Source of the DNA: Acidimicrobiia bacterium
GTDB lineage: Bacteria; Actinomycetota; Acidimicrobiia; Acidimicrobiales; VFJN01
Assembly: GCA_047459075.1 (NCBI GenBank)
Contig: VSCH01000007.1
Span: 19,606-83,605, forward strand
Length of the DNA stretch: 64,000 nt
Reading direction: 5' to 3'
Shown here: positions 54,178 to 62,879 of the stretch, piece by piece
Position numbering within the stretch: the stretch's first letter is position 1
How the letters are laid out: each line of letters begins with the position of its first letter
The notes under the pieces: generated by a model
The model's database searches: none
What the model saw: the letters and a program-made list of their open reading frames with translations, nothing else
What the model was told of the DNA's origin: nothing
Position numbers and translations under genes: made by a program

Positions 54178-55406
54178 GCCGGCGGCGACGCGCCCGCCAG
54201 GGCGGCGGCCCTCGTGCCCCGGGCCTCGCGCACCACCCGGTCGTAGAAGGCGACCCACCGCCGGGCGGTGGCCTGGACCGTCCAGCCCTGCTCGAAGCGG
54301 GCCCGGGCGTCCCGGGCCCGGGCGGCGGCCCCGGCGGGATCGGCGAGCACCTCGACCAGGCCCCGGGCGAGGTCGTCGGCGTCGCCGGGACGGACCAGCC
54401 GGGCCGTCGCCGGGTCGACGACCTCCCGCAGGGTCGGCAGGTCGGAGGCGACGACCGGGCATTCCAGCGCCATGGCCTCGAGCAGGGTGCCGCCGGCGCC
54501 CTCCCGCCGCGAGGGGAAGGCGAAGACGTCGGCCGCGGCCAGCAGATCGGGGACGTCGTCCCGGACGCCGAGGAACGTGACGGCGTCGCCGAGCCCGCCG
54601 GCCGCGACGAGCCGGGCCAGCTCGTCGGTCGCCCGGCCCTCCCGGCCGGCCACCACCACCCGGAGGTCGGGGAACCGGGCCCGGACCTGCGGCAGCGCCC
54701 GCAGCAGCACGTCGAAGCCCTTCTGCGGCTCCTGGCGGCCGACCGCCAGCACCAGGGGCACGCCGTCGGGCACCCCCAGGCCGGCCCGGACGGTGCGGGC
54801 ACGGGCGGGGTCGCGGCGGCCGAGCGCCTCGGGGTCGCGCCCCCGGGGGATCACCTCGACGCGCGACCGGGGCACGAGCAGGCGCCGGGACATGACCCGG
54901 GCGACGTGGTCGGTCACGGCGTGGAAGCGGGCGACCCGGCGGGCGGTCAGGGCGTCGACGGCCTGGGCCGCCCGCAGCTTGAGCCAGCTCACCCCGTCCC
55001 GGCGCGCCTGCCCCCGGTCGTAGGTCGAGTTGACCAGGCTGGACACGCAGGGCACGCCGGCGTGGGCGGCGGCCCGCCGGCCGGCGAGGTCGGCCTCGAA
55101 CAGCGTCGTGTGGACGACGTCGGGCCCCACCGCCGCGATCAGCTCGCGCAGACGGCGGTACCACCACCGCCGGTGCCGCCGGCCGTCGGGGGGCGCCAGC
55201 GAGGTGACCGGGACGCCGATCCGCTCCAGCTCGGGCCGGAGGCCGTCCCGCTCGACCAGGTAGGCGACGTGGAGGTCGACGCCCGCGGCCACGAGGTGCG
55301 GCGCCAGGACGACGAGCGACTGCTCGGCCCCTGCCCGGGCCAGCGAGTCGATGACCTGCAGGACACGCCGTCCCGGCGGGGCGGGCGGCGGTTCACGGTC
55401 CCCCAT
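54171..55406 (-). CDS. GT4-family glycosyltransferase
   Basis: RVLQVIDSLARAGAEQ, PDVVHTTLF, GRQEPQKG and FPSRREGAGGTLLEAMALECPVVASDLPTLREVV are present. It is paralogous to 46626-47891. Confidence 0.9.
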   Translation of the reverse strand: MGDREPPPAPPGRRVLQVIDSLARAGAEQSLVVLAPHLVAAGVDLHVAYLVERDGLRPELERIGVPVTSLAPPDGRRHRRWWYRRLRELIAAVGPDVVHTTLFEADLAGRRAAAHAGVPCVSSLVNSTYDRGQARRDGVSWLKLRAAQAVDALTARRVARFHAVTDHVARVMSRRLLVPRSRVEVIPRGRDPEALGRRDPARARTVRAGLGVPDGVPLVLAVGRQEPQKGFDVLLRALPQVRARFPDLRVVVAGREGRATDELARLVAAGGLGDAVTFLGVRDDVPDLLAAADVFAFPSRREGAGGTLLEAMALECPVVASDLPTLREVVDPATARLVRPGDADDLARGLVEVLADPAGAAARARDARARFEQGWTVQATARRWVAFYDRVVREARGTRAAALAGASPPAQ

Positions 55407-56346
55407 CGGGTCGCCCCAGCTGGTGCGCCACCTGGCGTTTGATGCCCTCGGCGAGCGGCACCTCCGGCTCCCAGCCGAGGTACCGGCGGGCCCGCTCGAT
55501 CGCGCCGCCGGTGGCCCGCACGTCGCCCGGCTGCTCGGGGAGGTGGCGGAGGATCGGCGCCCGGCCGACGCACTCGCCCACCATCTCCAGGACCCGGTTC
55601 ACGGTGGTCGACGACCCGCCGGCGACGTTGAGGACGGTGCCCGGCGGGACGTCGGCCGTGGCGGCGGCGATCGTCGCCCGGGCGGCGTCGCCGACGTAGG
55701 TGAAGTCGCGGACCTGCTCGCCGTCGCCGTAGACGGGGACCGGCTCGCCGGCGGCGACCCGCTCGATGAACCGGTGCAGCCCCATGTCGGGGCGCTGCGC
55801 CGGCCCGTAGACGGTGAAGTAGCGCAGCATCACCACCGGCAGGCCCCAGTTGTCGACGTAGGCCCGGGCCAGGTGCTCCATGGCCAGCTTGGTCACGCCG
55901 TAGGGGCTGAACGGCCGGGTCGGCGACTCCTCGTCGGTCGGGTAGGTGGCGGCGTTGCCGTAGACCGACGACGACGAGGCCAGCACCACCCGGGGCACGC
56001 CGGTGCGGCGAGCGGCCTCGAGCAGCCGCTGCGAGGCGGTGACGTTGCGCTCGACGTAGCAGGCGAACCCGTCCTCCCACGACAGGCGGACGCCCGGCTG
56101 GCCGGCCAGGTGGATGACCGCGTCGGCCCCGGTGAGCAGCTCGTCGAGGGGGGCGGTGACGAGGTCGAGCTCCTCGCCCCGGTACCCGGGCCGGCCCGCG
56201 AGGGCGCGGGCGTTGGCCCGCTTGACCGCGGGGTCGTAGTAGTCGGTGAAGGCGTCGACGCCCACGACGTCGTGACGGCCGTCGAGGAGAGCGGTGCAGA
56301 CGTGCCGGCCGATGAAGCCGGCGGCCCCCGTCACGACGAATCGCAT
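55393..56346 (-). CDS. NAD-dependent nucleotide-sugar epimerase (UDP-glucuronate 4-epimerase-like extended SDR)
   Basis: MRFVVTGAAGFIGRH, SSSSVYG, PYGVTK and LRYFTVYGPAQRPDM are present. The ATG at 56346 lies inside the 56370 ORF. Confidence 0.88.
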   Translation of the reverse strand: MRFVVTGAAGFIGRHVCTALLDGRHDVVGVDAFTDYYDPAVKRANARALAGRPGYRGEELDLVTAPLDELLTGADAVIHLAGQPGVRLSWEDGFACYVERNVTASQRLLEAARRTGVPRVVLASSSSVYGNAATYPTDEESPTRPFSPYGVTKLAMEHLARAYVDNWGLPVVMLRYFTVYGPAQRPDMGLHRFIERVAAGEPVPVYGDGEQVRDFTYVGDAARATIAAATADVPPGTVLNVAGGSSTTVNRVLEMVGECVGRAPILRHLPEQPGDVRATGGAIERARRYLGWEPEVPLAEGIKRQVAHQLGRPDGGP

Positions 56347-56422
56347 CACATCCCCACCGTTCGGACGCACCTGCGGGTGGCGCGCCGTGTGCGCGGATCC
56401 TACGACCCGGCCGGTCGGCCCG

Positions 56423-57772
56423 CTAGAGCACCTCGCCGGAGAACTCGAGGTGGCGCATGACGCCCTTGGTGTCGAGCACCAGCTTGGCGTGCCGGGCGAT
56501 GTCCTCCAGCGGGAAGTCCGGGTGGTCGACGAGCAGGATCACCAGGTCGGCGGCCGCCAGCTCCTCGGGCGTGCAGGGCACGACCGGGGCCGGCACCGAG
56601 GGCGCCACCGCCTTGGGCAGGTACGGCTCGCAGGCCCGCACGTCGGCCCCCATGGCCACGAGGCGCTCGACCACGGCGATCGAGGGCGACTCCCGCCAGT
56701 CGGACGTCCCGGCCTTGTAGCTGAGGCCGAGGGCCAGGATCCGGCTGCCGTTGACCGCCTTGCGCTCGCGGTTCAGCATCGTCATCACCCGGGTGACGAC
56801 GAAGTCGGGCATGTGCTCGTTGACGTCGTTGGCCAGCTCGACGAACCGGAACGTCTGGCCGAGCCGGCGCTTGACCCGCCACGACAGGTAGGAGGGGTCG
56901 ATGGGCAGGCAGTGCCCGCCGACGCCCGGGCCGGGCGTGAACCGCATGAAGCCGAACGGCTTCGTGCTGGCCGCGTCGATGGCGCCCCAGATGTCGATGC
57001 CCATCTGGTAGGCGAACATGGCCAGCTCGTTGACCAGGGCGATGTTGACGTGCCGGAAGGTGTTCTCCAGCAGCTTCACCAGCTCGGCGTCGCCGGTGGA
57101 GCCCACCGGGACGACGGTGTCGACCAGCGCCCCGTAGAACGCCTCGACCGCCCGGCGCGAGCGCTCGTCGATGCCCGAGACCACCTTGGGGGTGTTGACG
57201 AAGTTCCAGGTGGGGTTGCCCGGGTCGATGCGCTCCGGCGAGTAGCCCAGGAAGAACTCCGAGCCCGCCTTCAGGCCCGACTGCTCGAGGATCGGGCGCA
57301 CCAGCTCCTCGGTCGTGCCCGGGTAGGTCGTCGACTCGAGCACGACGAGCGCGCCCGCCCGCAGCCGGCGGGCGAGGGTGGCCGCCGCCTCCTCGACGTA
57401 GGACAGGTCGGGCGCCCCGTCCCGCAGCGGGGTGGGCACGGTGATGACCGCGACGTCGAAGGGGCCGACGTCGGCCGGCTCGTCCACCGCCCGGTAGCCG
57501 GCGGCGAGAGCGGCCTGCAGCTCCTCGTCGGAGACGTCCGCCACGTAGGAGGTGCCGGCCCGGAGGGCGGCCGCCCGCTCGGGCGAGGCCTCCAGCCCGA
57601 CGACCGGGAAGCCGACCTCGACCGCCCGCATGGCCACGGGCAGGCCGACGTAGCCCTGGCCGACGAGCAGCACGCGGGCGGTCCGCTCCTCGATGCGCCG
57701 CAGCAGCACCTCGAGCAGGTCGTCGTCCGTGCGTGCCGGCGCGGGGGCCGGCGCCAGCGTGGTGTCGGTCAT
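56423..57772 (-). CDS. nucleotide-sugar 6-dehydrogenase (UDP-GlcNAc/UDP-ManNAc dehydrogenase; TviB/WbpA/WecC-like)
   Basis: The ATG at 57772 overlaps the upstream stop (ATGA). VLLVGQGYVGLPVA, VITVPTP, YSPERIDPGN and the catalytic-Cys context GPGVGGHCLPIDP are present. Length is 449 aa. Confidence 0.92.
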   Translation of the reverse strand: MTDTTLAPAPAPARTDDDLLEVLLRRIEERTARVLLVGQGYVGLPVAMRAVEVGFPVVGLEASPERAAALRAGTSYVADVSDEELQAALAAGYRAVDEPADVGPFDVAVITVPTPLRDGAPDLSYVEEAAATLARRLRAGALVVLESTTYPGTTEELVRPILEQSGLKAGSEFFLGYSPERIDPGNPTWNFVNTPKVVSGIDERSRRAVEAFYGALVDTVVPVGSTGDAELVKLLENTFRHVNIALVNELAMFAYQMGIDIWGAIDAASTKPFGFMRFTPGPGVGGHCLPIDPSYLSWRVKRRLGQTFRFVELANDVNEHMPDFVVTRVMTMLNRERKAVNGSRILALGLSYKAGTSDWRESPSIAVVERLVAMGADVRACEPYLPKAVAPSVPAPVVPCTPEELAAADLVILLVDHPDFPLEDIARHAKLVLDTKGVMRHLEFSGEVL

Positions 57773-58722
57773 GAGATCTTCTCCTGGGTGGGCTGGGCAC
57801 GCTCGCGGAACCAGGCGAGCGTGCGGGCGAGGCCTTCGCGGAAGCTGACCGCGGGGGCGTAGCCGAGGTCGCGCCGGGCGGCGCTGATGTCGGCGTGCGA
57901 GTGCCGCACGTCGCCCGGCCGGGGATCGGTGTGGACGGGGGTGACGGAGACGCCGAGCTCGTCGGACAGCAGGTCGAGCAGCTCGAGCAGCGACGCCGGC
58001 CGGCCGCGGGCGATGTTGTAGGCCCGCCCGGCGCACCGGTCGGCGGGCGCCTCGGCCGCGCGGAGGTTGGCGGCCACGGCGTCGGCCACGAAGGTGAAGT
58101 CCCGGCTCTGGCGGCCGTCGCCGTGCACCCGCGGCGGCACGCCGCGGAGCAGGGCGTCGACGAACAGGGGGATGACCGCCGCGTAGGGGCTGTCGTGGCG
58201 CTGGCGGGGGCCGAAGACGTTGAAGTAGCGCAGGCAGACGGTCTCCAGGCCGTGCAGCTCCCAGAACACCCGGGCGTAGTGCTCGCCGGCCAGCTTGGTG
58301 ACCGCGTAGGGCGAGCGGGGGACGAGCGGCGCCGTCTCGGGCGTCGGCACCTGGGAGGCGCCGCCGTAGACCGACGACGACGAGGCCAGCACGACCCGGC
58401 GCACGCCGGCCCGGTGGGCCGCGTCGAGCACGGCGAGCGTCCCCCGCACGTTGGCCTGGTCGCTGGCCAGCGGGTCGGCGACCGAGCGGGCGACCGAGCC
58501 CAGCGCCGCCTGGTGGAAGACGACCTCGCACCCGGCGACCGCCCGGGCGACGGTGTCGGGGTCGGTGACGTCGCCCTCGATGACCTCGACGCCGGCCGGG
58601 AGGTTGTCCAGCCGGCCGGTGGCGAGGTTGTCGAGCACCACGACGTCGTCGCCCCGGGCCAGGAGGGCGTCGACGAGGTGCGAGCCGATGAAGCCGGCGC
58701 CGCCGGTGACGAGCGCCCTCAC
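57769..58722 (-). CDS. NAD-dependent epimerase (UDP-GlcNAc(A) 4-epimerase; TviC/WbpP-like)
   Basis: The GTG at 58722 overlaps the upstream stop (GTGA). ALVTGGAGFIGSHLV, SSSSVYG, PYAVTK and LRYFNVFGPRQ are present. Length is 317 aa. Confidence 0.9.
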   Translation of the reverse strand: MRALVTGGAGFIGSHLVDALLARGDDVVVLDNLATGRLDNLPAGVEVIEGDVTDPDTVARAVAGCEVVFHQAALGSVARSVADPLASDQANVRGTLAVLDAAHRAGVRRVVLASSSSVYGGASQVPTPETAPLVPRSPYAVTKLAGEHYARVFWELHGLETVCLRYFNVFGPRQRHDSPYAAVIPLFVDALLRGVPPRVHGDGRQSRDFTFVADAVAANLRAAEAPADRCAGRAYNIARGRPASLLELLDLLSDELGVSVTPVHTDPRPGDVRHSHADISAARRDLGYAPAVSFREGLARTLAWFRERAQPTQEKIS

Positions 58723-59909
58723 GACCGCACCCCCGCGGTCGTGCCGACGGCCGCCCGCACGGCGTCGGCCCGCTCGTGGAGCCGGGCCAGCAGCTCGACC
58801 ACGCGGTCGACGGCCGCGGGCGGCATGTCCCGCCACAGCGGCAGGCTGACGACCCGGTCCGACACCCAGTCGGTCACCGGCAGCGGCGGGGTGCCGAGGT
58901 CGGCGTAGGCCTGCTGACGGTGGACCGGCGGGTGGAAGTACGGCCGGGTGTCGACGCCCTCGGCCTTCAGCGCCGCCGCCACGGTGTCGCGGTCGAGGCC
59001 GTAGGCCTCCTCGTCGACGATGACCGTGAAGTCCTTCCAGGTCGACGCGTCGCCGGGGTCGACCGCCTGCGGCCGGACACCGGGCACCGCGGCCAGGGCC
59101 TCCTGGTAGCGGGCGGCGAGCCGGCGGCGGATCGCCAGGTGCTCGTCCAGCTCGGCCAGCGACTCGAGCGCCACCGCCGCGTGCAGCTCGGACATGCGGG
59201 CGTTCAGGCCGGCGAAGCGGGTGTCGTAGTCGCCCGGGTTGCCGTAGTCGACGCCGAGGCGGATGCGCGCCGCCAGCTCGGGGTCGCGCACGGCGACGAG
59301 ACCCCCCTCGCCGGCGGTCATCGGCTTGGTCGGGCTGAGGCTGAAGACCTCGGCGTCGCCGAACGACCCGACCGGCCGCCCGGCGCGGGTGGCGCCGAAG
59401 CCGTGGGCGGCGTCGAAGACGACCGCCAGCCCGGCGGCCCGGCCGACCTTCTCGACCTCCTCCGGCGCGCAGGGGGCGCCGAACACGTGGGTGCCGACCA
59501 GCACCGAGGCGCCCTCCAGGCGGGTGGCCGCGTCGGCCACGTCGAGCTGGCAGCTGGCCGCGTCGCACTCGGCGAAGCGCGGCACCGCGCCCGCCCACCG
59601 GGCCGCGTGGGCGGTGGCCGAGAACGTGAAGCTGGGCATCACCGCGGCCGTGCCCGGCCGGGCGAGCGCCTGGAAGACGAGCATCAGGCCGGCGGTGCAG
59701 GACGCCACCGCCACGACCTCGGGCACGCCGAGGCGCTCGGCCGCGGCCGCCTCCAGCTCCCGCACGAGCGGCCCGTTGGTGAGCACGCCCCGCTCGTAGG
59801 AGGGGGCGAGCCGCGCGGTCACGCGCTCGAGGGGCGGCGTCGCGGGCCGGAAGAACGGCAGCCCCTCGGGGAAGGCCGGCTGCCCGCCCAGCAGCGCGAG
59901 GTCGGTCAT
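58719..59909 (-). CDS. DegT/DnrJ/EryC1/StrS-family PLP-dependent sugar aminotransferase
   Basis: The ATG at 59909 shares one base with the upstream TAA. LLGGQPAF, ASCTAGL, DAAHGFG and the PLP-Lys context FSLSPTKPMTAGEGG are present. Length is 396 aa. Confidence 0.92.
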   Translation of the reverse strand: MTDLALLGGQPAFPEGLPFFRPATPPLERVTARLAPSYERGVLTNGPLVRELEAAAAERLGVPEVVAVASCTAGLMLVFQALARPGTAAVMPSFTFSATAHAARWAGAVPRFAECDAASCQLDVADAATRLEGASVLVGTHVFGAPCAPEEVEKVGRAAGLAVVFDAAHGFGATRAGRPVGSFGDAEVFSLSPTKPMTAGEGGLVAVRDPELAARIRLGVDYGNPGDYDTRFAGLNARMSELHAAVALESLAELDEHLAIRRRLAARYQEALAAVPGVRPQAVDPGDASTWKDFTVIVDEEAYGLDRDTVAAALKAEGVDTRPYFHPPVHRQQAYADLGTPPLPVTDWVSDRVVSLPLWRDMPPAAVDRVVELLARLHERADAVRAAVGTTAGVRS

Positions 59910-60931
59910 TATCGTCTCCTCGTGGACCACGGCGCCCGGACGGCCATCCCCGGCCCGCTCGTGAACATCGTCGTGGCCACCGGCACCCCGGCGGGGGCCG
60001 GCGAGCGCCGCAGCACGCGCTGGGCGAACCCCTTGCGGGCGACGGGCGCCGGCGCCGGGCGTTCGGCGGCCTGGTGCGGGCGGCGGCCGGCCACCCGCTG
60101 GGCCCAGACCGACAGCTCGGTCTTGTCGGCGAGGTCGAACGTGCCCCACGCCAGGGCGATGGCCTCGGCCAGCGCGCCGGTGAGCCCGAGCGCCTCGGCC
60201 AGGCGCCGCGCCGCGGCGGCGTCGAGGCCGGCCGACAGCGCGAGCTGGGCGACGTCCCGCTGGCGGGCCAGCGGCACGACCGGCGACCCGGCCACCTCGA
60301 GGGCGGCGGCGACCAGCTGCTGCTCGAGCGACAGGACCGGGACCCGGCAGCCGGCCAGCTCGAGGTGCGCCGGCGGGCCCAGGCGCACGAGCAGCGGGGC
60401 GGCCCCGCCGGTCTCGGACGCCGCCCCGCCCCCGGCGGGGCCCTCGGCGAGCCCGGGGAGCGACGCCAGCAGGACCAGGCGCTCGGTGCGCGGCCCCGAC
60501 CCGGCGGGGGCGGGGCCCTGCAGGGCCCGAGCCTCGGCCAGGCGGGCCGGTGGCACGAGGACGTGCGCCCGGCGGGCCGGGCGGAGCGCGGCGTCGCCGT
60601 AGGCGAGCCGGCGCGCCGGGCCGTCGACGACGCGGTGGTCGATGCCGGCGGCGGTCAGCACCGACGACGCCGTGACGGCCCGGCGCTCGACGAGCAGCGA
60701 CAGCCCGGCGTGCTCGGCGACGAGCACGGCCAGCTCGTCGGCCTGGCCGGGCGTCAGCACCAGGTCGCCGGCGGCGGCGGCCGCCGCCAGGAAGCCGACG
60801 AGGTCGGCGGCGACGCAGCCCTGGACGAGGTCGAACCACTCCGGCTCGGACAGCGGGCCCGGCGGGAGCTCGGTCCGGCTGCCGGCGAGGCCGTGGGCCG
60901 CCACGGCGACGAGCCGGTCGGAGGTCGGCAT
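59909..60931 (-). CDS. hypothetical protein resembling the uncharacterised nucleotidyltransferase family (NTP_transf_5-like), apparently without the catalytic Asp pair
   Basis: The ATG at 60931 shares one base with the upstream TGA. The pattern VVDGPARRLAYGDAALRPARRAHVLVPPARLAEARALQG parallels the family block (kG..la..lY.d...R...DiDlLV....l..a...L), but reads RAHVLV where DxDxLV is expected. The assignment is from memory, hence modest confidence. Confidence 0.5.
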   Translation of the reverse strand: MPTSDRLVAVAAHGLAGSRTELPPGPLSEPEWFDLVQGCVAADLVGFLAAAAAAGDLVLTPGQADELAVLVAEHAGLSLLVERRAVTASSVLTAAGIDHRVVDGPARRLAYGDAALRPARRAHVLVPPARLAEARALQGPAPAGSGPRTERLVLLASLPGLAEGPAGGGAASETGGAAPLLVRLGPPAHLELAGCRVPVLSLEQQLVAAALEVAGSPVVPLARQRDVAQLALSAGLDAAAARRLAEALGLTGALAEAIALAWGTFDLADKTELSVWAQRVAGRRPHQAAERPAPAPVARKGFAQRVLRRSPAPAGVPVATTMFTSGPGMAVRAPWSTRRR

Positions 60932-61191
60932 CACGGCACCTCGCGCACGAGTCCGAGGGACAGCAGGCGTTCGATGGCGCGCCGCACCGCCGGGGGCTCG
61001 CCGAGCTCGGCGAGGGCGGTGGCCGGCGCCGGCACGGCCAGCGCGTCCCACACGGCCCGCTCGAGCGGCGACAGCGTCGTCGCCGCCCGGGCGTCGCCCG
61101 CCAGCGCGACGGCCCCGTCGCCGGTCGTGGCGACGAGCGCGTCGCCGTCACGGGCCCACCGGCCCGGCGCCCGCCCTGGTCCGGAGGTCAC
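60931..61191 (-). CDS. PqqD-family-like small protein (86 aa)
   Basis: The GTG at 61191 overlaps the wzc-like stop (GTGA). DALVATTGDGAVALAGDARAATTLSPLERAVWDALAVPAPATALAELGEPPAVRRAIERLLSLGLVREV follows the PqqD/RRE layout: beta-strand, 'L.p....vW..l....t..el', then a winged-helix tail ending 'L...Gl'. Confidence 0.5.
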   Translation of the reverse strand: MTSGPGRAPGRWARDGDALVATTGDGAVALAGDARAATTLSPLERAVWDALAVPAPATALAELGEPPAVRRAIERLLSLGLVREVP

Positions 61192-62879
61192 AGCCGGTCT
61201 CCGCGCCTCGGTAGCGGGTCGGCGTCCATGAACACGTCCCGCTCGTCGACCGGCCCGGCGTAGCGGTCGCGCCGGCGCTCGACGCCGCCGCTCGACCGGG
61301 ACCGGACCTTCGGCGAGCCGTAGTAGTCGTTGAACAGGCCGACCGGGACGCCGACGAGCACGACGCCGAGCGTCGGCGCACCCAGCCGCTCGAGCAGCTC
61401 GGCGGTGCGGCCGGCGGCCGGGCTCGTCGTGCGGCCGGCCCGGGCGCAGACGACGACCACGTCGGCCATGGTCACCAGCTCGCGGGTGACGCTGGCCCCG
61501 AGCAGCGGCGCCGTGTCGATGATGACCACGTCGGCGAGGCTCCGGGCCTCCTCCAGCAGCCGCAGCTGGGCGTCGAGCTTGGCCCCGGGCTGGTGCCCCA
61601 GCTCGCCGGCCGGCACCAGGTGGAGGCCGGGGACCGAGGTCGACTGCACGAAGTTGACGAGCGAGGCGTTGCCGGCCTCGAGGAACTCGCTGACGCCCGG
61701 CGCGTCCTCGGCGTCGAAGACCTTGGCCGACAGCGGCCGCCACAGGTCCCACTGCACGAGCAGGACCGACTGGCCGGCCTCGGCGTAGGCCATGGCCAGG
61801 TTGGCCGCCGTCGAGCTCTTGCCGTCGCCGGGCTCGGGCGAGGTGACGACGATGACCTGGCGGGCGGTGCTCGGCGTACCGTCGCTCCGCGGGCGGAGGC
61901 GGCCCGACAGCTCGGCGGCCTCGATCTCGAGCGGCAGCCGGTCGCGGAACAGCAGCAGGGCCGTGCGCAGCGACCGGTAGGCCTCGGCCAGGCGGTGGTC
62001 GTTCTCGTAGCCGAAGACCGCGGCCCGGTGCCGGCTCCGCAGCGGCAGCAGCGGCACCTCGGCCAGGACCGGCAGACCGAACTGGCGCTCGACCTGCTCC
62101 TTCGTGTGCAGCCGCGAGTCGGAGCGGTCGAGCATGATGGCGACGCCGAAGGCGAGCAGCACCGCCACCAGGACCCCGAGCAGCAGCGCCTGGCCCCGGG
62201 TGACGGCGACGGCCGAGGTGCTGGCCTTCTCCGCCCGGGTGGCCTCGTTCAGGCTGATCCACGAGGTGGTGCCGGTGGCGGTGGCGGACTGCTCGACCGT
62301 GCCGAGCTGCTCGATGAGGCCGTCCCGCTCCCGGACCAGGTCCGCCGCGCCCGGCGCGTCGTCGCCGCCCTGGGCGGCGATCTGGCTGTCGAGCTCGTTG
62401 ATCCGGCCCCGGATCTCCTCGGCGCGCTCGTTGGCCTGCGCGGCCTGCTCCTGCTGGCGGTTCGAGGTGTGCTCGTCGATGAACTTCAGCGTCTCGTCGG
62501 CGAACGTGTTGGCCAGCGTGATGGCCTCGTCCGGGGACTCGGCGCGGGCCGTGATCTCGACGATGCCGAGCTCGAGCGACGAGGTGACCTCGAGGTCGGC
62601 CACGAGCTCGTCGGGCGAGCCCGAGTAGCCCAGCACCTCCTTGACCCGGTTCGGCACCTCGCCCTGGGTGACCCACAGCTCGACGACGGCCGGGTTGTCG
62701 GCCGACGACACGCCCTCGTCACCGGAGGCCTGGTCGCGCAGCAGCCGGTGGGTGGCCTCGTACTCGGTGGCCGGCCCGGTGGGGGCCACGAAGTAGACGC
62801 CGACCAGGACGACCACGACGAGCGCCACCACCACCTTCCAGTGGCGCTGGAGGACCTTCAGGTAGTCAAGGGGTTCCAT
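61188..62879 (-). CDS. polysaccharide co-polymerase / tyrosine autokinase (Wzz domain fused to CpsD/Wzc-type P-loop ATPase)
   Basis: The ATG at 62879 lies inside the 63557 ORF. There is an N-terminal TM helix (VVVALVVVVLVGVYFV), a coiled-coil periplasmic-type region and a second TM helix (LLLGVLVAVLLAFGVAIML). The ATPase has Walker A VTSPEPGDGKSSTAANLA, plus VIIDTAPLL and a tail with DYYG/RYAG. Confidence 0.88.
   Translation of the reverse strand: MEPLDYLKVLQRHWKVVVALVVVVLVGVYFVAPTGPATEYEATHRLLRDQASGDEGVSSADNPAVVELWVTQGEVPNRVKEVLGYSGSPDELVADLEVTSSLELGIVEITARAESPDEAITLANTFADETLKFIDEHTSNRQQEQAAQANERAEEIRGRINELDSQIAAQGGDDAPGAADLVRERDGLIEQLGTVEQSATATGTTSWISLNEATRAEKASTSAVAVTRGQALLLGVLVAVLLAFGVAIMLDRSDSRLHTKEQVERQFGLPVLAEVPLLPLRSRHRAAVFGYENDHRLAEAYRSLRTALLLFRDRLPLEIEAAELSGRLRPRSDGTPSTARQVIVVTSPEPGDGKSSTAANLAMAYAEAGQSVLLVQWDLWRPLSAKVFDAEDAPGVSEFLEAGNASLVNFVQSTSVPGLHLVPAGELGHQPGAKLDAQLRLLEEARSLADVVIIDTAPLLGASVTRELVTMADVVVVCARAGRTTSPAAGRTAELLERLGAPTLGVVLVGVPVGLFNDYYGSPKVRSRSSGGVERRRDRYAGPVDERDVFMDADPLPRRGDRL

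Noticed and set aside
48855-55167. 1269-aa (48855..52664) and 996-aa (52177..55167) minus-strand ORFs
   Set aside because: They are antisense or out of frame to two GT4 genes, the lipoprotein gene and the polytopic membrane protein gene. Their composition is that of shadow ORFs.
59909-61191. Possible lasso-peptide or other RiPP biosynthetic cluster, suggested by the PqqD-like gene
   Set aside because: There is no transglutaminase-like B2 protease, no Asn-synthetase-like cyclase, no radical SAM enzyme and no plausible short precursor ORF nearby. The neighbours are all polysaccharide genes. I kept it as an unexplained module, not as a RiPP cluster.
61188-62879. Wzc-like kinase apparently lacking a C-terminal tyrosine cluster
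   Set aside because: The tail has only DYYG and RYAG, and no long Tyr run. Tail length and Tyr number vary widely in Gram-positive BY-kinases, so this is too weak to call an anomaly without an alignment.
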